A DNA stretch of 64,000 bases from an uncultured Candidatus Actinomarina sp. (GCA_902578135.1 CACHBU010000004.1:8120-72119); one strand, 5' to 3'; shown: positions 1 to 10,151, counted from the stretch's first letter. Notes: a model not told the origin generated them from the letters alone. Numbers and translations are program-made.

Positions 1-266
1 AAAAAGATAATTTTCTACCTTTTAAAAGCGGCGCATTTCATATTGCATTAGAAAATAATATTCCAATTCTTCCGGTTGTGATAGCAGGCACTGGAGACAT
101 ATGGCCTAGAGGTAAGAAATTTATGACCAGTGGTAAGGCAATCATTAATACATTAGAACCAATTGACATGTCAAAATATACAAAAGAAACAATTGATCAA
201 CTTGTTGATGAAACATATGAGAAAATGTCAAAAGTGTATAAAGAATTAACTGCTTCCATAAAATAA
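1..266 (+). CDS. 1-acyl-sn-glycerol-3-phosphate acyltransferase family protein, C-terminal fragment (5' end outside window)
   Basis: The frame from nt 3 reads KDNFLPFKSGAFHIALENNIPILPVVIAGTGDIWPRG, which is the PlsC-type FK.GAF...P(I/V)LPV block. The ORF track shows only the part after an internal GTG at 78. Confidence 0.7.
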   Translation, partial: KDNFLPFKSGAFHIALENNIPILPVVIAGTGDIWPRGKKFMTSGKAIINTLEPIDMSKYTKETIDQLVDETYEKMSKVYKELTASIK

Positions 267-287
267 AATAAATCTTACAATACGAAT

Positions 288-803
288 ATGAACATCTTAT
301 TGGCAGCGCTTTCTATTTTTGTATTGAGATTACTTGACCAAACACTTGGAACCTTAAGGATACTTTATGTGAACAAAGGAAAACCAGTATTTGGTGCTCT
401 TTTAGGATTTATAGAATCAGCAATCTGGGTTGTTGCTATATCTCAAGTTATTCAGGATTTAAATGATCCATTTCTAATATTTGGATACGCGCTTGGATTT
501 GCTGCAGGAACAATAATGGGTTCCTATATTGAAAATACAATCGCTATTGGTGATATTGTTGTGAGAATCTTTGCACCAAAAGATAGCGATAGTACGCAAG
601 TGGCTGAGGCATTAAGAAATAATGGATTTGGTGTAACAATTATTAATGGAGAAGGCATGCAAGGAGAAGTTAGCATTGCTTGGTGCGTAACACCAAGGAA
701 AAGGGTTAAAGAAGTTTTGAAGATTGTATCAGAAATTAATCCTGATGCTTACGTTACTACTGAACCCACAAATCCAACAAAGCTAACTGGAAACCGAAAA
801 TAG
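288..803 (+). CDS. UPF0316/DUF2179-type small membrane protein
   Basis: 171 aa. Three hydrophobic helices are followed by a soluble C-terminal domain (GFGVTIINGEGMQGE...), the typical UPF0316 (YebE-like) layout. Confidence 0.6.
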   Translation: MNILLAALSIFVLRLLDQTLGTLRILYVNKGKPVFGALLGFIESAIWVVAISQVIQDLNDPFLIFGYALGFAAGTIMGSYIENTIAIGDIVVRIFAPKDSDSTQVAEALRNNGFGVTIINGEGMQGEVSIAWCVTPRKRVKEVLKIVSEINPDAYVTTEPTNPTKLTGNRK

Positions 804-804
804 A

Positions 805-3108
805 CTAAAGACCTTTTTCAAAATCGTCTTCAAAAGAAACTCTTTTTCTGTTTGAAGATTTTCCACGATTGTCGGACCTTTTGTCACTTCTATTTCTGTT
901 ACCATTTCTAGATCTTGAAGGTTTTCTATCACGAGAATTATTTGATTCCCCACCTTCTGCTTCTTCTGGGATTTCTAAATCTTCAACTGGTGAAAGACTT
1001 ACTTTTCCATTTTCAATTGAATCTACAGTGACCTTAATTTTGTCTCCAACTGATACAACAGCTTCGGTATTATTTACTCTTTTAGATGAGTGAAATCTTG
1101 ATACATGTAATAATCCATCTCTACCAGGGAGAATATTTATGAAAGCTCCATAAGTTGCAACACTGACAACTTCTCCATCATATTCTGCCCCAACTTCCGC
1201 TTCAGGTGGATCGATTATTAACATAACCATTTCTTTACCTGCAGCTATTGCTTCTTCTTCAGTTGACCCAAGAGTTAAGATACCATCATCATCAATTTCG
1301 ACAGAACATCCAGTTTCTTCCTCGATTTTCTTGATATTTTTACCTTTTGGACCAATGACTTCACCAATTTTATCTTTAGGTAATTCGATAGTTTCAAGTC
1401 TAGGTGCATTACCAGAAAGACTTTCCGCTGGTTCAGCAATGGTATCTTCCATAATATCTAATATATGATGTCTTGCATCCATAGCTTGATTTAATGCTTT
1501 TCTTAATACATCAGCAGGCAGACCTTCTATTTTCATATCTAGTTGTAATGCTGTAATCACATTTCTTGTTCCAGCAACTTTAAAATCCATATCGCCAAGA
1601 GCATCTTCAGCACCCAAGATATCTGTGAGAGTAACATAGGTATCATCTTTAGAAATTAGCCCCATAGCGATACCTGCAACATGTTCTCTAATAGGAACAC
1701 CTGCAGCCATTAATGACAAACTAGACGCACATACTGATGCCTGTGATGTAGATCCATTGGATGAAATTGCTTCACTTACGACTCTGATAGTGTATGGAAA
1801 GTCAACTTTTGGAGGAATAACAGGTACCAATGCCTTTTCAGCCAAAGCACCGTGACCAATCTCTCTTCTCTTTGGGCCTCGCATTGGATAGGCTTCACCT
1901 GTTGAGTATGGAGGGAAATTATAATGATGCATATATCTTTTTGATGTGACTGTATCAATAGTATCTAGCATCTGTTCAAGCCTTGACATACCTAAGGTTG
2001 TAACATTCAAAACCTGTGTTTCTCCTCTTAAAAATAATGAAGAACCATGAACAGTTGGAAGTAAGTTTATCTCAGCAGATATATTTCTAATATCAGTTGG
2101 TGTTCGTCCATCTAATCTAGCACCACCACTTAAAACTCTATCTCTGACTGTATTTTTAACAATAGACTTAAAAGCTAATTTAATTGCTTTAGTATTGTCA
2201 TCTTCTTCATCTAAGAATTTCTCAACAGCTTGTTCTTCAAGCTCACTTTGCTTTTCACTTCTTTCAGATCTATCTGTTAGAGCCATTGCTGCTTCAATAT
2301 CGGAACCAAAAGCTTCACCAATTTGGGACTTTAGCTCTTCTGAGTAGTCTTCAATAATAGGCCAGTCAATCTGAGGAACATCTCTTTTAGCAACTAATTC
2401 TTTTTGAGCTTCTATTAATTTTGAAATAAATTCTTTGGACATATCAATTCCATCAGCAACAATATTTTCAGATGGTGCAGCACTACCTTCATCAATTTTA
2501 TTAAATGCATTGTCTGTTGCTCCAGCCTCAACCATTACAATATCTATTTCACCTTTAGGGTTGAGACTTCCTGCAACAACCATATCAAATACTGATTCTT
2601 CTAATTCAGTATTCGAAGCTTGAACTACCCAGTTGTCATTAATTAAAGACATTCTCACAGCACCTACAGCTGACTCAAGTGGTACCCCTGCTAATTGAAG
2701 ACCTAATGATGCAGCATTAAGAGCTAAAATATCATATTCATTTTCGTTATCAACACTTAAAACCGTTGCAATAATTTGTGTTTCACATCTAAATCCATCT
2801 TTAAAAGAAGGTCTCAGTGGTCTATCTATTAATCGACAAGCTAATATAGCTTTTTCCGTTTGCCTACCCTCTCTTCTAAAAAATCCTCCAGGAATTTTTC
2901 CAGCGGAATACATTCTTTCTTCTACATCCACTGTTAAAGGGAAAAAATCAATACCATCCCTTACACTTTTGTTAGCAACTGTTGTCACTAAAACTGTGGT
3001 ATCACCTGATGTAACAACTACAGAACCAGGTGCTTGCAGAGCTAATTTACCTGTTTCAAATCCAATCTCTGCATTACCAATGTTTACTTTTACATTATCG
3101 ATCGACAT
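805..3108 (-). CDS. pnp: polyribonucleotide nucleotidyltransferase (PNPase) with Arg/Ser/Asn-rich C-terminal tail
   Basis: 767 aa with two RNase PH-like halves, a KH region (IGPKGKNIKKIEEETG) and an S1 domain (GEVVSVATYGAFINILPGRDGLLHVS). Sits directly downstream of rpsO. Confidence 0.97.
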   Translation of the reverse strand: MSIDNVKVNIGNAEIGFETGKLALQAPGSVVVTSGDTTVLVTTVANKSVRDGIDFFPLTVDVEERMYSAGKIPGGFFRREGRQTEKAILACRLIDRPLRPSFKDGFRCETQIIATVLSVDNENEYDILALNAASLGLQLAGVPLESAVGAVRMSLINDNWVVQASNTELEESVFDMVVAGSLNPKGEIDIVMVEAGATDNAFNKIDEGSAAPSENIVADGIDMSKEFISKLIEAQKELVAKRDVPQIDWPIIEDYSEELKSQIGEAFGSDIEAAMALTDRSERSEKQSELEEQAVEKFLDEEDDNTKAIKLAFKSIVKNTVRDRVLSGGARLDGRTPTDIRNISAEINLLPTVHGSSLFLRGETQVLNVTTLGMSRLEQMLDTIDTVTSKRYMHHYNFPPYSTGEAYPMRGPKRREIGHGALAEKALVPVIPPKVDFPYTIRVVSEAISSNGSTSQASVCASSLSLMAAGVPIREHVAGIAMGLISKDDTYVTLTDILGAEDALGDMDFKVAGTRNVITALQLDMKIEGLPADVLRKALNQAMDARHHILDIMEDTIAEPAESLSGNAPRLETIELPKDKIGEVIGPKGKNIKKIEEETGCSVEIDDDGILTLGSTEEEAIAAGKEMVMLIIDPPEAEVGAEYDGEVVSVATYGAFINILPGRDGLLHVSRFHSSKRVNNTEAVVSVGDKIKVTVDSIENGKVSLSPVEDLEIPEEAEGGESNNSRDRKPSRSRNGNRNRSDKRSDNRGKSSNRKRVSFEDDFEKGL

Positions 3109-3122
3109 ATAACCTCTTTCGT

Positions 3123-3180
3123 GACCAAGGTTATTAATTGTCAGCTTTCAACAAAAGCTCTCAATTAACAACGCAAGGTC
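3123..3180 (-). promoter_or_regulatory. long imperfect hairpin in the rpsO-pnp spacer (rpsO terminator / pnp leader processing-site candidate)
   Basis: The minus-strand RNA GACCUUGCGUUGUUAAUUGAGAGCUUUUGUUGAAAGCUGACAAUUAAUAACCUUGGUC folds by eye. Inner stem AGCUUU/AAAGCU, middle stem UUAAUUG/CAAUUAA, outer stem GACC/GGUC. Confidence 0.45.
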
Positions 3181-3187
3181 AAATTTA

Positions 3188-3445
3188 TTATCTTCTTAAG
3201 CCAAGTTTATCTATAAGATCACGATATCTTTGTACATCTTGATTCTGAAGGTACTGAAGTAATCTCTTTCTTTTACCAACAAGCATTAATAATCCTCTTC
3301 TTGTGTGGTGGTCTTTTTTATGTGTTTTCAAATGATCCGTTAAATGATCGATTCTATTACTCAATAAAGCAACCTGAACTTCAGCAGAACCAGTATCTGT
3401 ATCGGATTTACCGTATTCTTTTATAATTTCTTGCTTTGTTTTCAT
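3188..3445 (-). CDS. rpsO: 30S ribosomal protein S15
   Basis: 85 aa containing [36 protein letters not shown], the S15 signature. Confidence 0.97.
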   Translation of the reverse strand: MKTKQEIIKEYGKSDTDTGSAEVQVALLSNRIDHLTDHLKTHKKDHHTRRGLLMLVGKRKRLLQYLQNQDVQRYRDLIDKLGLRR

Positions 3446-3487
3446 TCGAGATAATAATAGTAGCCACTATATCTAATGTGAGATTAT

Positions 3488-4381
3488 TTAATTTTTATTA
3501 ATATCTTCAATATCTTTAGATATTTGTTGAGTTAATTCATCAATACTTGAGAATTTTATTTCATCTCTTATAAATTTTTTAAAATGTACTGTTAAATCAG
3601 CGTCATAAATATCGTCATTAAAATCAAAAATATGTACTTCGAAACTTTTCTTGGTCCCTTCAGATACCGTAGGTTTATATCCGATATTCATAATTCCTTC
3701 ATAAAGATATTTATTTAAGAGAACGTCTACTTTGTATACTCCATTTTTGGGTATTTGAATACTCTTATCAATGTTCAAATTTGCAGTAGGAAATCCTATC
3801 TGAGAACCTCTTTGATCACCTTTGATAACAGTTCCTGTTAAAGAATATTCATAACCCAAAGCTTCATTAGCCTGTTCAACAAAACCTTCACTCAAAAATG
3901 ACTTAATTAAGGTTGAAGATATTTTTTCATTGTTGTGTTCATAATCAGGAATAGTAAGTACAGAATCTTCCCCAAAATATTTGATTAAGTAATCTACGTC
4001 ACCCTCACGGTTTGCACCAAATTTAAAATCATTACCTACATAAATATTTTCAGCTTTCATATTGTTTTGTAACATCTCGCAAAAAGTTTTAGGTGAAAAC
4101 TTCATTACATGTTCAAAATCAATAAATACTAAATTACTAGGTTCAAATTTTTTGAATAATTCAATCTTCTCATTATTGGTTGTAAGTAACATATGTTCAT
4201 TATTGAAGTATTTTTTTGGAAGTGTATCAAAAGTCACTATTTGAAATAAATTACTTGATTCTTTTGTATATTTTAATAACTCCTGATGGCCTAAATGTAC
4301 TCCATCAAATCCACCGATACACACAGCTGGAATATCATCATCAATATAATTGTCGGAAGTAAAATTTTCATATATTCTCAT
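3488..4381 (-). CDS. ribF: bifunctional riboflavin kinase / FMN adenylyltransferase
   Basis: 297 aa. N-terminal GGFDGVHLGHQ nucleotidyltransferase motif and C-terminal riboflavin kinase block (GFPTANL). Lies between truB and rpsO. Confidence 0.93.
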   Translation of the reverse strand: MRIYENFTSDNYIDDDIPAVCIGGFDGVHLGHQELLKYTKESSNLFQIVTFDTLPKKYFNNEHMLLTTNNEKIELFKKFEPSNLVFIDFEHVMKFSPKTFCEMLQNNMKAENIYVGNDFKFGANREGDVDYLIKYFGEDSVLTIPDYEHNNEKISSTLIKSFLSEGFVEQANEALGYEYSLTGTVIKGDQRGSQIGFPTANLNIDKSIQIPKNGVYKVDVLLNKYLYEGIMNIGYKPTVSEGTKKSFEVHIFDFNDDIYDADLTVHFKKFIRDEIKFSSIDELTQQISKDIEDINKN

Positions 4382-5259
4382 ACGAGTACTTTCTCTGGTT
4401 TGTAATATTTCTCATTAAAAGGTTTATAAATTGCCACAATATTGTTCTCGATAGATATTATATAATTTTCTTCATTTGAAAACATATTTCTAGGTAGAAG
4501 TTGGCCATTCTTAATTGTTTCATGCATTTCTATATCTAGTTCAATTTTTGGCAGATTAATAACTTCTGCCCAATCTAATGACATTATTGTTGAATTGCGA
4601 TTTATATCTTCAACATTTGTATTTAGATTTTTATGATTAATATTTAAATTACCAACGGCTGTCCTTGTAAGAGTATTTACTATTGCATAAGTATTCAGAT
4701 ACTCACCTAATTGTTGAACAATGCTTCTTATATATGTTCCCTTGCTAACAGTTATCTGAAAAGTGGCTTTGTTATTTAATACTTCTAACAATTCTGTTCT
4801 TTCTACAAATATTTTTCTATCAGGAATTTCTACATCTTGATTTTGACGTGCATATTTATATAATCGTTTTCCTTTTACTTTAATTGCGGAATAAATTGGT
4901 GGAGTCTGGATAGACTCGCCAACCAAATTAGTAAGAAATTCCTGTATTAGAGGTTTCATCTGTTCTGCACTTATATCATCATGTTTTGTAATTTCAGAGT
5001 CAACATCAAGAGTTGGAGAAGAGTAACCTAATATTGCGGTTACTTTATAAGTTTTATTTGTGTTATCTATGTAATCAAACAATTTTGTATACCCATTAGT
5101 AGCAAGAAGCATTAAACCATCTGCGTTTGGATCTAGGGTGCCTGAGTGTCCTACTTTTTTAAATTTAAAATTTTTTTTTAATTTAGTACATAGATCTTGA
5201 GAGGTCCATGTTTTTGGTTTGTCTAATAAATAAAAGTTAGACTTGTGACTTAATTGCAT
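4378..5259 (-). CDS. truB: tRNA pseudouridine(55) synthase
   Basis: 293 aa with the catalytic motif VGHSGTLDP. Conserved position. Confidence 0.93.
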   Translation of the reverse strand: MQLSHKSNFYLLDKPKTWTSQDLCTKLKKNFKFKKVGHSGTLDPNADGLMLLATNGYTKLFDYIDNTNKTYKVTAILGYSSPTLDVDSEITKHDDISAEQMKPLIQEFLTNLVGESIQTPPIYSAIKVKGKRLYKYARQNQDVEIPDRKIFVERTELLEVLNNKATFQITVSKGTYIRSIVQQLGEYLNTYAIVNTLTRTAVGNLNINHKNLNTNVEDINRNSTIMSLDWAEVINLPKIELDIEMHETIKNGQLLPRNMFSNEENYIISIENNIVAIYKPFNEKYYKPEKVLV

Positions 5260-6178
5260 TCTTAACTTTATTTTTTATTTCTTCAATACTTAAATTTGTA
5301 GAAAATCCAGACGCTGCTTTATGTCCACCGCCACCAAATAGCGAAGCAATCTGTTGGACATCTAATTCATTGCGAGACCTTAAGCTTCCTTTAAATGATT
5401 TATCTTGCTGCTCTTTTAACAATAAAGCAACACTTGATTCTTTCACCAATCTAATTGAATCAATTAAAAAATCTGTTTCAGAAGATTCAATGTTGTAATT
5501 GAGATAATCTTCTTGTAAGACATACGAAACAACTAATTCTTCTTCTTCGTGTAATTCAATTCTGTTTAACACTTCACTTTGTAGCTTTATTGCATTCATA
5601 GGAATAGACCCATAAATGTTATCACTTATACTTGTAAGCTCAGCACCACTTAACATTAGTTTTGATGCGATTTCAAATACTTCATTATCTGTATTTGAAT
5701 ATTGAAATCTACCTGTATCAGTGATTAATCCTGTCATGAGACAATTGGCGATATTTTTATCGATGTCAATATTTGCAGAAAGAATTTCTCTGAACAGTAC
5801 TTGTGTAGTGCTTGCCGCGCTTGAATCAATAATCTGAATATCACCAAAAGAAGGATTTATATGGTGATCTACAACAACGACTCTTTTAGCATTTAATGCT
5901 AAATCTTCTAAATCACCTAGTCTTTGTGAGTTTCCACAATCAAAAACATATATATTGTCATAATTTTCCTTTGGCTTATCCATAATTAATTCAATAGGTA
6001 AGTGATTTAAATTAGAGGGAACGTTACCTTTAATATCAAAAGATATGTCGGAATCTATGCCTTTGCTGTCCAATATTAATTTAAATGCTAAGGCAGAACC
6101 CAAAGCATCACCATCAGGGTTTATATGGCCTGTAATTAAATTAGAAGAATCTTTAATATCTTCAAAAAGTTTACTCAT
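5237..6178 (-). CDS. nrnA: DHH-family phosphoesterase (NrnA-like oligoribonuclease / pAp phosphatase)
   Basis: Motifs DGDALGS, VVVDHH and GGGGHKAASG. The likely start is ATG 6178, forming an ATGAGTAA overlap with the rbfA stop, rather than the TTG at 6184. Confidence 0.88.
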   Translation of the reverse strand: MSKLFEDIKDSSNLITGHINPDGDALGSALAFKLILDSKGIDSDISFDIKGNVPSNLNHLPIELIMDKPKENYDNIYVFDCGNSQRLGDLEDLALNAKRVVVVDHHINPSFGDIQIIDSSAASTTQVLFREILSANIDIDKNIANCLMTGLITDTGRFQYSNTDNEVFEIASKLMLSGAELTSISDNIYGSIPMNAIKLQSEVLNRIELHEEEELVVSYVLQEDYLNYNIESSETDFLIDSIRLVKESSVALLLKEQQDKSFKGSLRSRNELDVQQIASLFGGGGHKAASGFSTNLSIEEIKNKVKNAIKSQV

Positions 6179-6521
6179 TCTCAATAGTCCTATCTAACAG
6201 TTCGTTGATTCTTAGAACATTATTAAATGTATTATCTACTTCAAAAATAATTTTAGGAACATTTCTTGTTGTCATTTCTCTTGCTAATACTTTTTGAATT
6301 TTTGTTCTATTTTTCTCAAGTGCAGTTTTTAAAGAGCCTTCATTTCCATCTAATGTAGAAACAAAAACCATTGATTTCTTAAGATCTGGAGATGTTGAAA
6401 CATGTGTGATTGTTGCTTTATTAAGTATTGGATCAGAACTTCTTAAGAGTGCACTGGAGATGATTTTTTGAATGAGAGGATTGATTCTGTTTATTCTTCC
6501 ACCACGTGTTTGATTACTCAT
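6171..6521 (-). CDS. rbfA: ribosome-binding factor A
   Basis: 116 aa, directly downstream of infB. RbfA-like KH-fold pattern (ITHVSTSPDLKKSMVFVS). Confidence 0.9.
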   Translation of the reverse strand: MSNQTRGGRINRINPLIQKIISSALLRSSDPILNKATITHVSTSPDLKKSMVFVSTLDGNEGSLKTALEKNRTKIQKVLAREMTTRNVPKIIFEVDNTFNNVLRINELLDRTIENE

Positions 6522-6530
6522 TGTTTGCTT

Positions 6531-8540
6531 CTAGACTTCTACTTCTCCAAGTATCTCAATTGTATCGCCTTCTTTTATATCTTTATAATCAGATAAACCA
6601 ATACCACATTCAAGACCTTCGTTGACAACTTCAACATTGTCTTTAAACCTTCTAAGTGAGACTATGGTTCCTTCATATATAACAACACCATCTCTAAGCA
6701 AGCGTGCTTTTGCATCAAGTTCTACTTTACCTTCAGAAACTATTGAACCGGCAACCACGCCAACTTTCGGAGCACGGAAAGTAGTTTTAACATCAACCAT
6801 TCCGATAATTGCTTCTTCAGTTTTAATAGTCATTTGGCCAAGTACTGCTTCAGCGATATCATCTAACAATTCATAAATGATATTGTACGTTCTTACGTCT
6901 ATTCCCTTACTTTGAGCCATATTCCTAGCCTGACTATCAGGTCTTACATTAAAACCAATAATTAAAGACTCTGTAGCACTTGCTAAATCTACGTCGGATA
7001 AAACAATTCCCCCTACAGCTGAATGAACAACTTGGATGTTTACATCATCAGTTGCTAACTTGTTTATACCATCTTTAATAGCTTCAACTGAACCATTAGT
7101 GTCAGCTTTTAATATTACATTTACTGTATTTAACTCACCTTCCTGTAAGAGCTTCATCATATCGCTAACTCGAGTCTCAACTGAAAATGATGAGTTGTCA
7201 TGTTCTTTTAATTTAGTTTTGTTTTCTTCAGCTTTTGCCTTGGCATCTTTTTGATTTTTGACAGCAACAAATTGGTCACCAGCAGTTGGTGATTCATCCC
7301 ATCCTATAATATCTATTGGAGATCCCGGCTCTATAGACTTTACTGTTTTATTATTGTGATCAAACATTGATTTCACTCTGCAGAATGCTTGTCCAGCATA
7401 AAGAAAATCACCCTGTTTTAGAGTGCCTCTTGTGACTATGACTGTAGCTACATTTCCTCTACCAACTTCCATTCGTGATTCAACAATATACCCAGAAGCA
7501 TTTGTATTAAAATTTGCTTTTAGTTCTTCTATTTCTGCTACAAGTGCAAGTGTTTCAAGCAGATCATCAACTCCATCACCTTTAAGTGCAGATACTTCAA
7601 CTACAGGTGTGTCTCCACCTAAATCCTCAGAAATTACTTCATATTTTGTAAGCTCAGCTTTAATCATTGACGGATTGGCCTCAGGTAGGTCACACTTATT
7701 TATGGCAACAACTATTGGTACGTTTGCAGCTTTTGAGTGGTTAATTGCTTCAATTGTTTGTGGCATTACTCCATCATCTGCAGCAACAACCAAGACAACT
7801 ATATCCGTAACGTTTGCTCCTCTAGCTCTCATTTGTGTAAATGCTTCGTGACCAGGTGTATCAATAAAAGTTATTCCTGATTCTCCTACGTCTACTTTGT
7901 AAGCACCTACGTGCTGTGTAATACCTCCTGCTTCACCGTCTGCAACTTTTTCATTTCTTATATAATCCAATAAGCTAGTTTTTCCATGGTCGACATGACC
8001 CATAACAGTAATTATTGGCGCTCTTAAATTTAATTTATCTGGATCGTCTTCAAATTCTTGAAATTCAATAATATCTTCTCTTGAAATTGTTATTTCATCT
8101 ATTAAATCAGGAATAAGATTGTATTTTTCAAAAAGCTTTTCTATATCGCTATCTTCTAATGGTGTATCAATAGCTTTCATAATTCCCAATCCCATCAAAT
8201 CACCGACAATTTGCGTAGCATCAACATCTATAAGAGAACTAATTTTTTCTGGGGATGAATTCCTAGAAATCTCTATAATTTGAACATCATCTTCAGGAAC
8301 TTCTTCAACTTCTGTTTTTGGCGCGTCCTGAATTGTCTCTTCTTGTTCTTGGACAACTTCAGACTTAGACTCAGGTTCATCTTTTGGTAATAAAGCTAAC
8401 TTAAGTAGTTCCTCTTCTTCCTCAGTTAAACCAGATGATGCTGTTTTAACCTCAAAACCTAGCTCTTTTGCATGAAAAAGTACATCTGCTGAAGCAATAT
8501 CCAACTCCTTGGCGATTTGATGAATTCGCTTTTTTGCCAT
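6531..8540 (-). CDS. infB: translation initiation factor IF-2 (short N-terminal region)
   Basis: 669 aa with GTPase motifs GHVDHGKTSLLD, DTPGH and NKCD. Follows nusA. Confidence 0.97.
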   Translation of the reverse strand: MAKKRIHQIAKELDIASADVLFHAKELGFEVKTASSGLTEEEEELLKLALLPKDEPESKSEVVQEQEETIQDAPKTEVEEVPEDDVQIIEISRNSSPEKISSLIDVDATQIVGDLMGLGIMKAIDTPLEDSDIEKLFEKYNLIPDLIDEITISREDIIEFQEFEDDPDKLNLRAPIITVMGHVDHGKTSLLDYIRNEKVADGEAGGITQHVGAYKVDVGESGITFIDTPGHEAFTQMRARGANVTDIVVLVVAADDGVMPQTIEAINHSKAANVPIVVAINKCDLPEANPSMIKAELTKYEVISEDLGGDTPVVEVSALKGDGVDDLLETLALVAEIEELKANFNTNASGYIVESRMEVGRGNVATVIVTRGTLKQGDFLYAGQAFCRVKSMFDHNNKTVKSIEPGSPIDIIGWDESPTAGDQFVAVKNQKDAKAKAEENKTKLKEHDNSSFSVETRVSDMMKLLQEGELNTVNVILKADTNGSVEAIKDGINKLATDDVNIQVVHSAVGGIVLSDVDLASATESLIIGFNVRPDSQARNMAQSKGIDVRTYNIIYELLDDIAEAVLGQMTIKTEEAIIGMVDVKTTFRAPKVGVVAGSIVSEGKVELDAKARLLRDGVVIYEGTIVSLRRFKDNVEVVNEGLECGIGLSDYKDIKEGDTIEILGEVEV

Positions 8541-9572
8541 TTACTCTTCCTCGTTTTTAGCTTCTTCTGTTTCCTCTATGTCTTCTTGGGGTGAATCTCC
8601 TAAGCCTTCTATGTCAATTTTATAACCCGTTAATTTTGCAGCTAATCTTGCATTCTGGCCTTCTTTACCAATAGCAAGTGAAAGTTGGCTGTCTTTGACA
8701 ACAACTCTCGCTGACTTTAAATCTTCATCGATTTCAACTTCATCAATATCTGCTGGACCTAATGCTTCCTTTATAAATCGAACTTTATCTTCTCTCCATT
8801 CAACAACATCAAGTTTCTCTCCTCTTAACTCGTTTACAATTTGTCTAACTCTATTACCTCTTGATCCCACACAAGCTCCTTTAGGATCAACATTTGGATC
8901 ATTAGAAAATACAGCAATTTTTGTTCGACTACCTGGTTCTCTAGCAATTGCTCTTAATTCAACTGTTCCATCTGTCAATTCAGGAACTTCCAGTTCAAGC
9001 ATTCTTTGTACAAATTCTGCTCTACTCCTACTAACAATGATAGGTACTCCTTTAGCATCTTCTCTTACCTCTGTGATCAGTGCTTTGACCCTATTGCCTC
9101 TTTCAAGTCTCTCGAAGGGAACCCTTTCACCAGCAGGTATTACTGCTTCAGCATCTTGAAGATCGAGTATTGTCTGATTAAATCTTGGATCAAATTGAGT
9201 TACTATACCAGTGACAAGTTCTCCTTCTCTTCCAATATAAGCATCAAGGACTGTAGCTCGTTTTGCATCTCTAATTTTTGTTGTCATCATTTGCTTAAAG
9301 GATTGTGCGGCAATTCTCCCAAACTCGTCTTCATCTAACTCAACTTTCCACTCTTCAATGACATTTCCTTCATTGTCTAATTCTTGTGCATAAATAAGAA
9401 CTTCTCCTGAATCTGGATTTAATGTAACTCGAGCTTCTTCAGCAGCTCCAGGTATTCTCATATAAGCTGACCTAAATGCTGAAACTAATGCTTCATACAT
9501 GCTTTCAACAGCTACACCTTTTTCTAGTGCTAATGCCTCTATTGCTTGTTTGCTCTCATTACCTAATTTCAT
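8541..9572 (-). CDS. nusA: transcription termination/antitermination factor NusA
   Basis: 343 aa with an S1 domain and two KH domains (GACVGSRGNRV, AIGKEGQNARLA) and an acidic tail. Confidence 0.96.
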   Translation of the reverse strand: MKLGNESKQAIEALALEKGVAVESMYEALVSAFRSAYMRIPGAAEEARVTLNPDSGEVLIYAQELDNEGNVIEEWKVELDEDEFGRIAAQSFKQMMTTKIRDAKRATVLDAYIGREGELVTGIVTQFDPRFNQTILDLQDAEAVIPAGERVPFERLERGNRVKALITEVREDAKGVPIIVSRSRAEFVQRMLELEVPELTDGTVELRAIAREPGSRTKIAVFSNDPNVDPKGACVGSRGNRVRQIVNELRGEKLDVVEWREDKVRFIKEALGPADIDEVEIDEDLKSARVVVKDSQLSLAIGKEGQNARLAAKLTGYKIDIEGLGDSPQEDIEETEEAKNEEE

Positions 9573-9574
9573 TT

Positions 9575-10048
9575 TTATCCTTTTACTTTTTCTTTAAATT
9601 GCTTAAATTCAATTTTTGCACTTTTAATATTAGAAAAATTGATTACTACCTCTGCTGAGTTAACAATTAATTTGATGTCTTGTTCGTTAGACGATTCTAT
9701 ATAGCCTTCTAATACATATTTATCTTCTATAGGTTCAAATAATTTAATTTTTACTAATTCACCCAGAGCTAATTCAAAATGCCTGTTTGTTTTTAGTTTT
9801 CTTTCAATCCCTGGACTTGAAACAATCATTTCATATGAACCTTTTTCAATACCCATATTTTCGAGAAGTCTTTGAAATTGTTTATTTAATCTTGAAGTTA
9901 AATCAATGTCAATTTCATTATCACTAACTATATAAACTTCAACTCTTGAAATAGAAGGATAATCTACAATATTTAGGTCATAAAGTTCAAGATTTTCTTC
10001 ACTTAGATATAGATCGAAAGCCTCTAAGATTTCTTTTTCAGAAACCAT
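9575..10048 (-). CDS. rimP: ribosome maturation factor RimP
   Basis: Sits upstream of nusA and contains SSPGIERKL. The start is moved to ATG 10048, which is preceded by GGAGG at good spacing; the track start is 10060. Confidence 0.88.
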   Translation of the reverse strand: MVSEKEILEAFDLYLSEENLELYDLNIVDYPSISRVEVYIVSDNEIDIDLTSRLNKQFQRLLENMGIEKGSYEMIVSSPGIERKLKTNRHFELALGELVKIKLFEPIEDKYVLEGYIESSNEQDIKLIVNSAEVVINFSNIKSAKIEFKQFKEKVKG

Positions 10049-10064
10049 ATAAACCTCCATTCAT

Positions 10065-10089
10065 AAAAAAAGCGGGCTTGAAACCCACT
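10065..10089 (-). terminator. intrinsic terminator/attenuator between proS and rimP
   Basis: The minus-strand RNA is AGUGGG-UUUCAAG-CCCGCU followed by UUUUUU. This gives a 6-bp GC-rich stem plus a U-tract, ending about 5 nt before the rimP RBS. Confidence 0.6.
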
Positions 10090-10151
10090 ATACATAGTTA
10101 AATTGTCTCTAAATAATTGTAACAAACATTGGAGTTTATTTAAAGCCTTTT

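Noticed and set aside
7423-7851. 142-aa plus-strand ORF inside infB. Similar antisense ORFs occur at 869..1093, 2435..2623, 6622..6876, 7036..7254, 8695..9159, 9006..9338, 11686..12126, 14969..15238, 26441..27046, 27386..27733, 35619..35909, 36051..36377, 40673..40927, 62796..63134 and elsewhere.
   Set aside because: Each lies entirely antisense to a gene with strong motif support. Their translations are low-complexity (Ser/Thr/Leu/Phe-rich) with no motifs and no RBS. They are typical shadow frames of AT-rich coding DNA.
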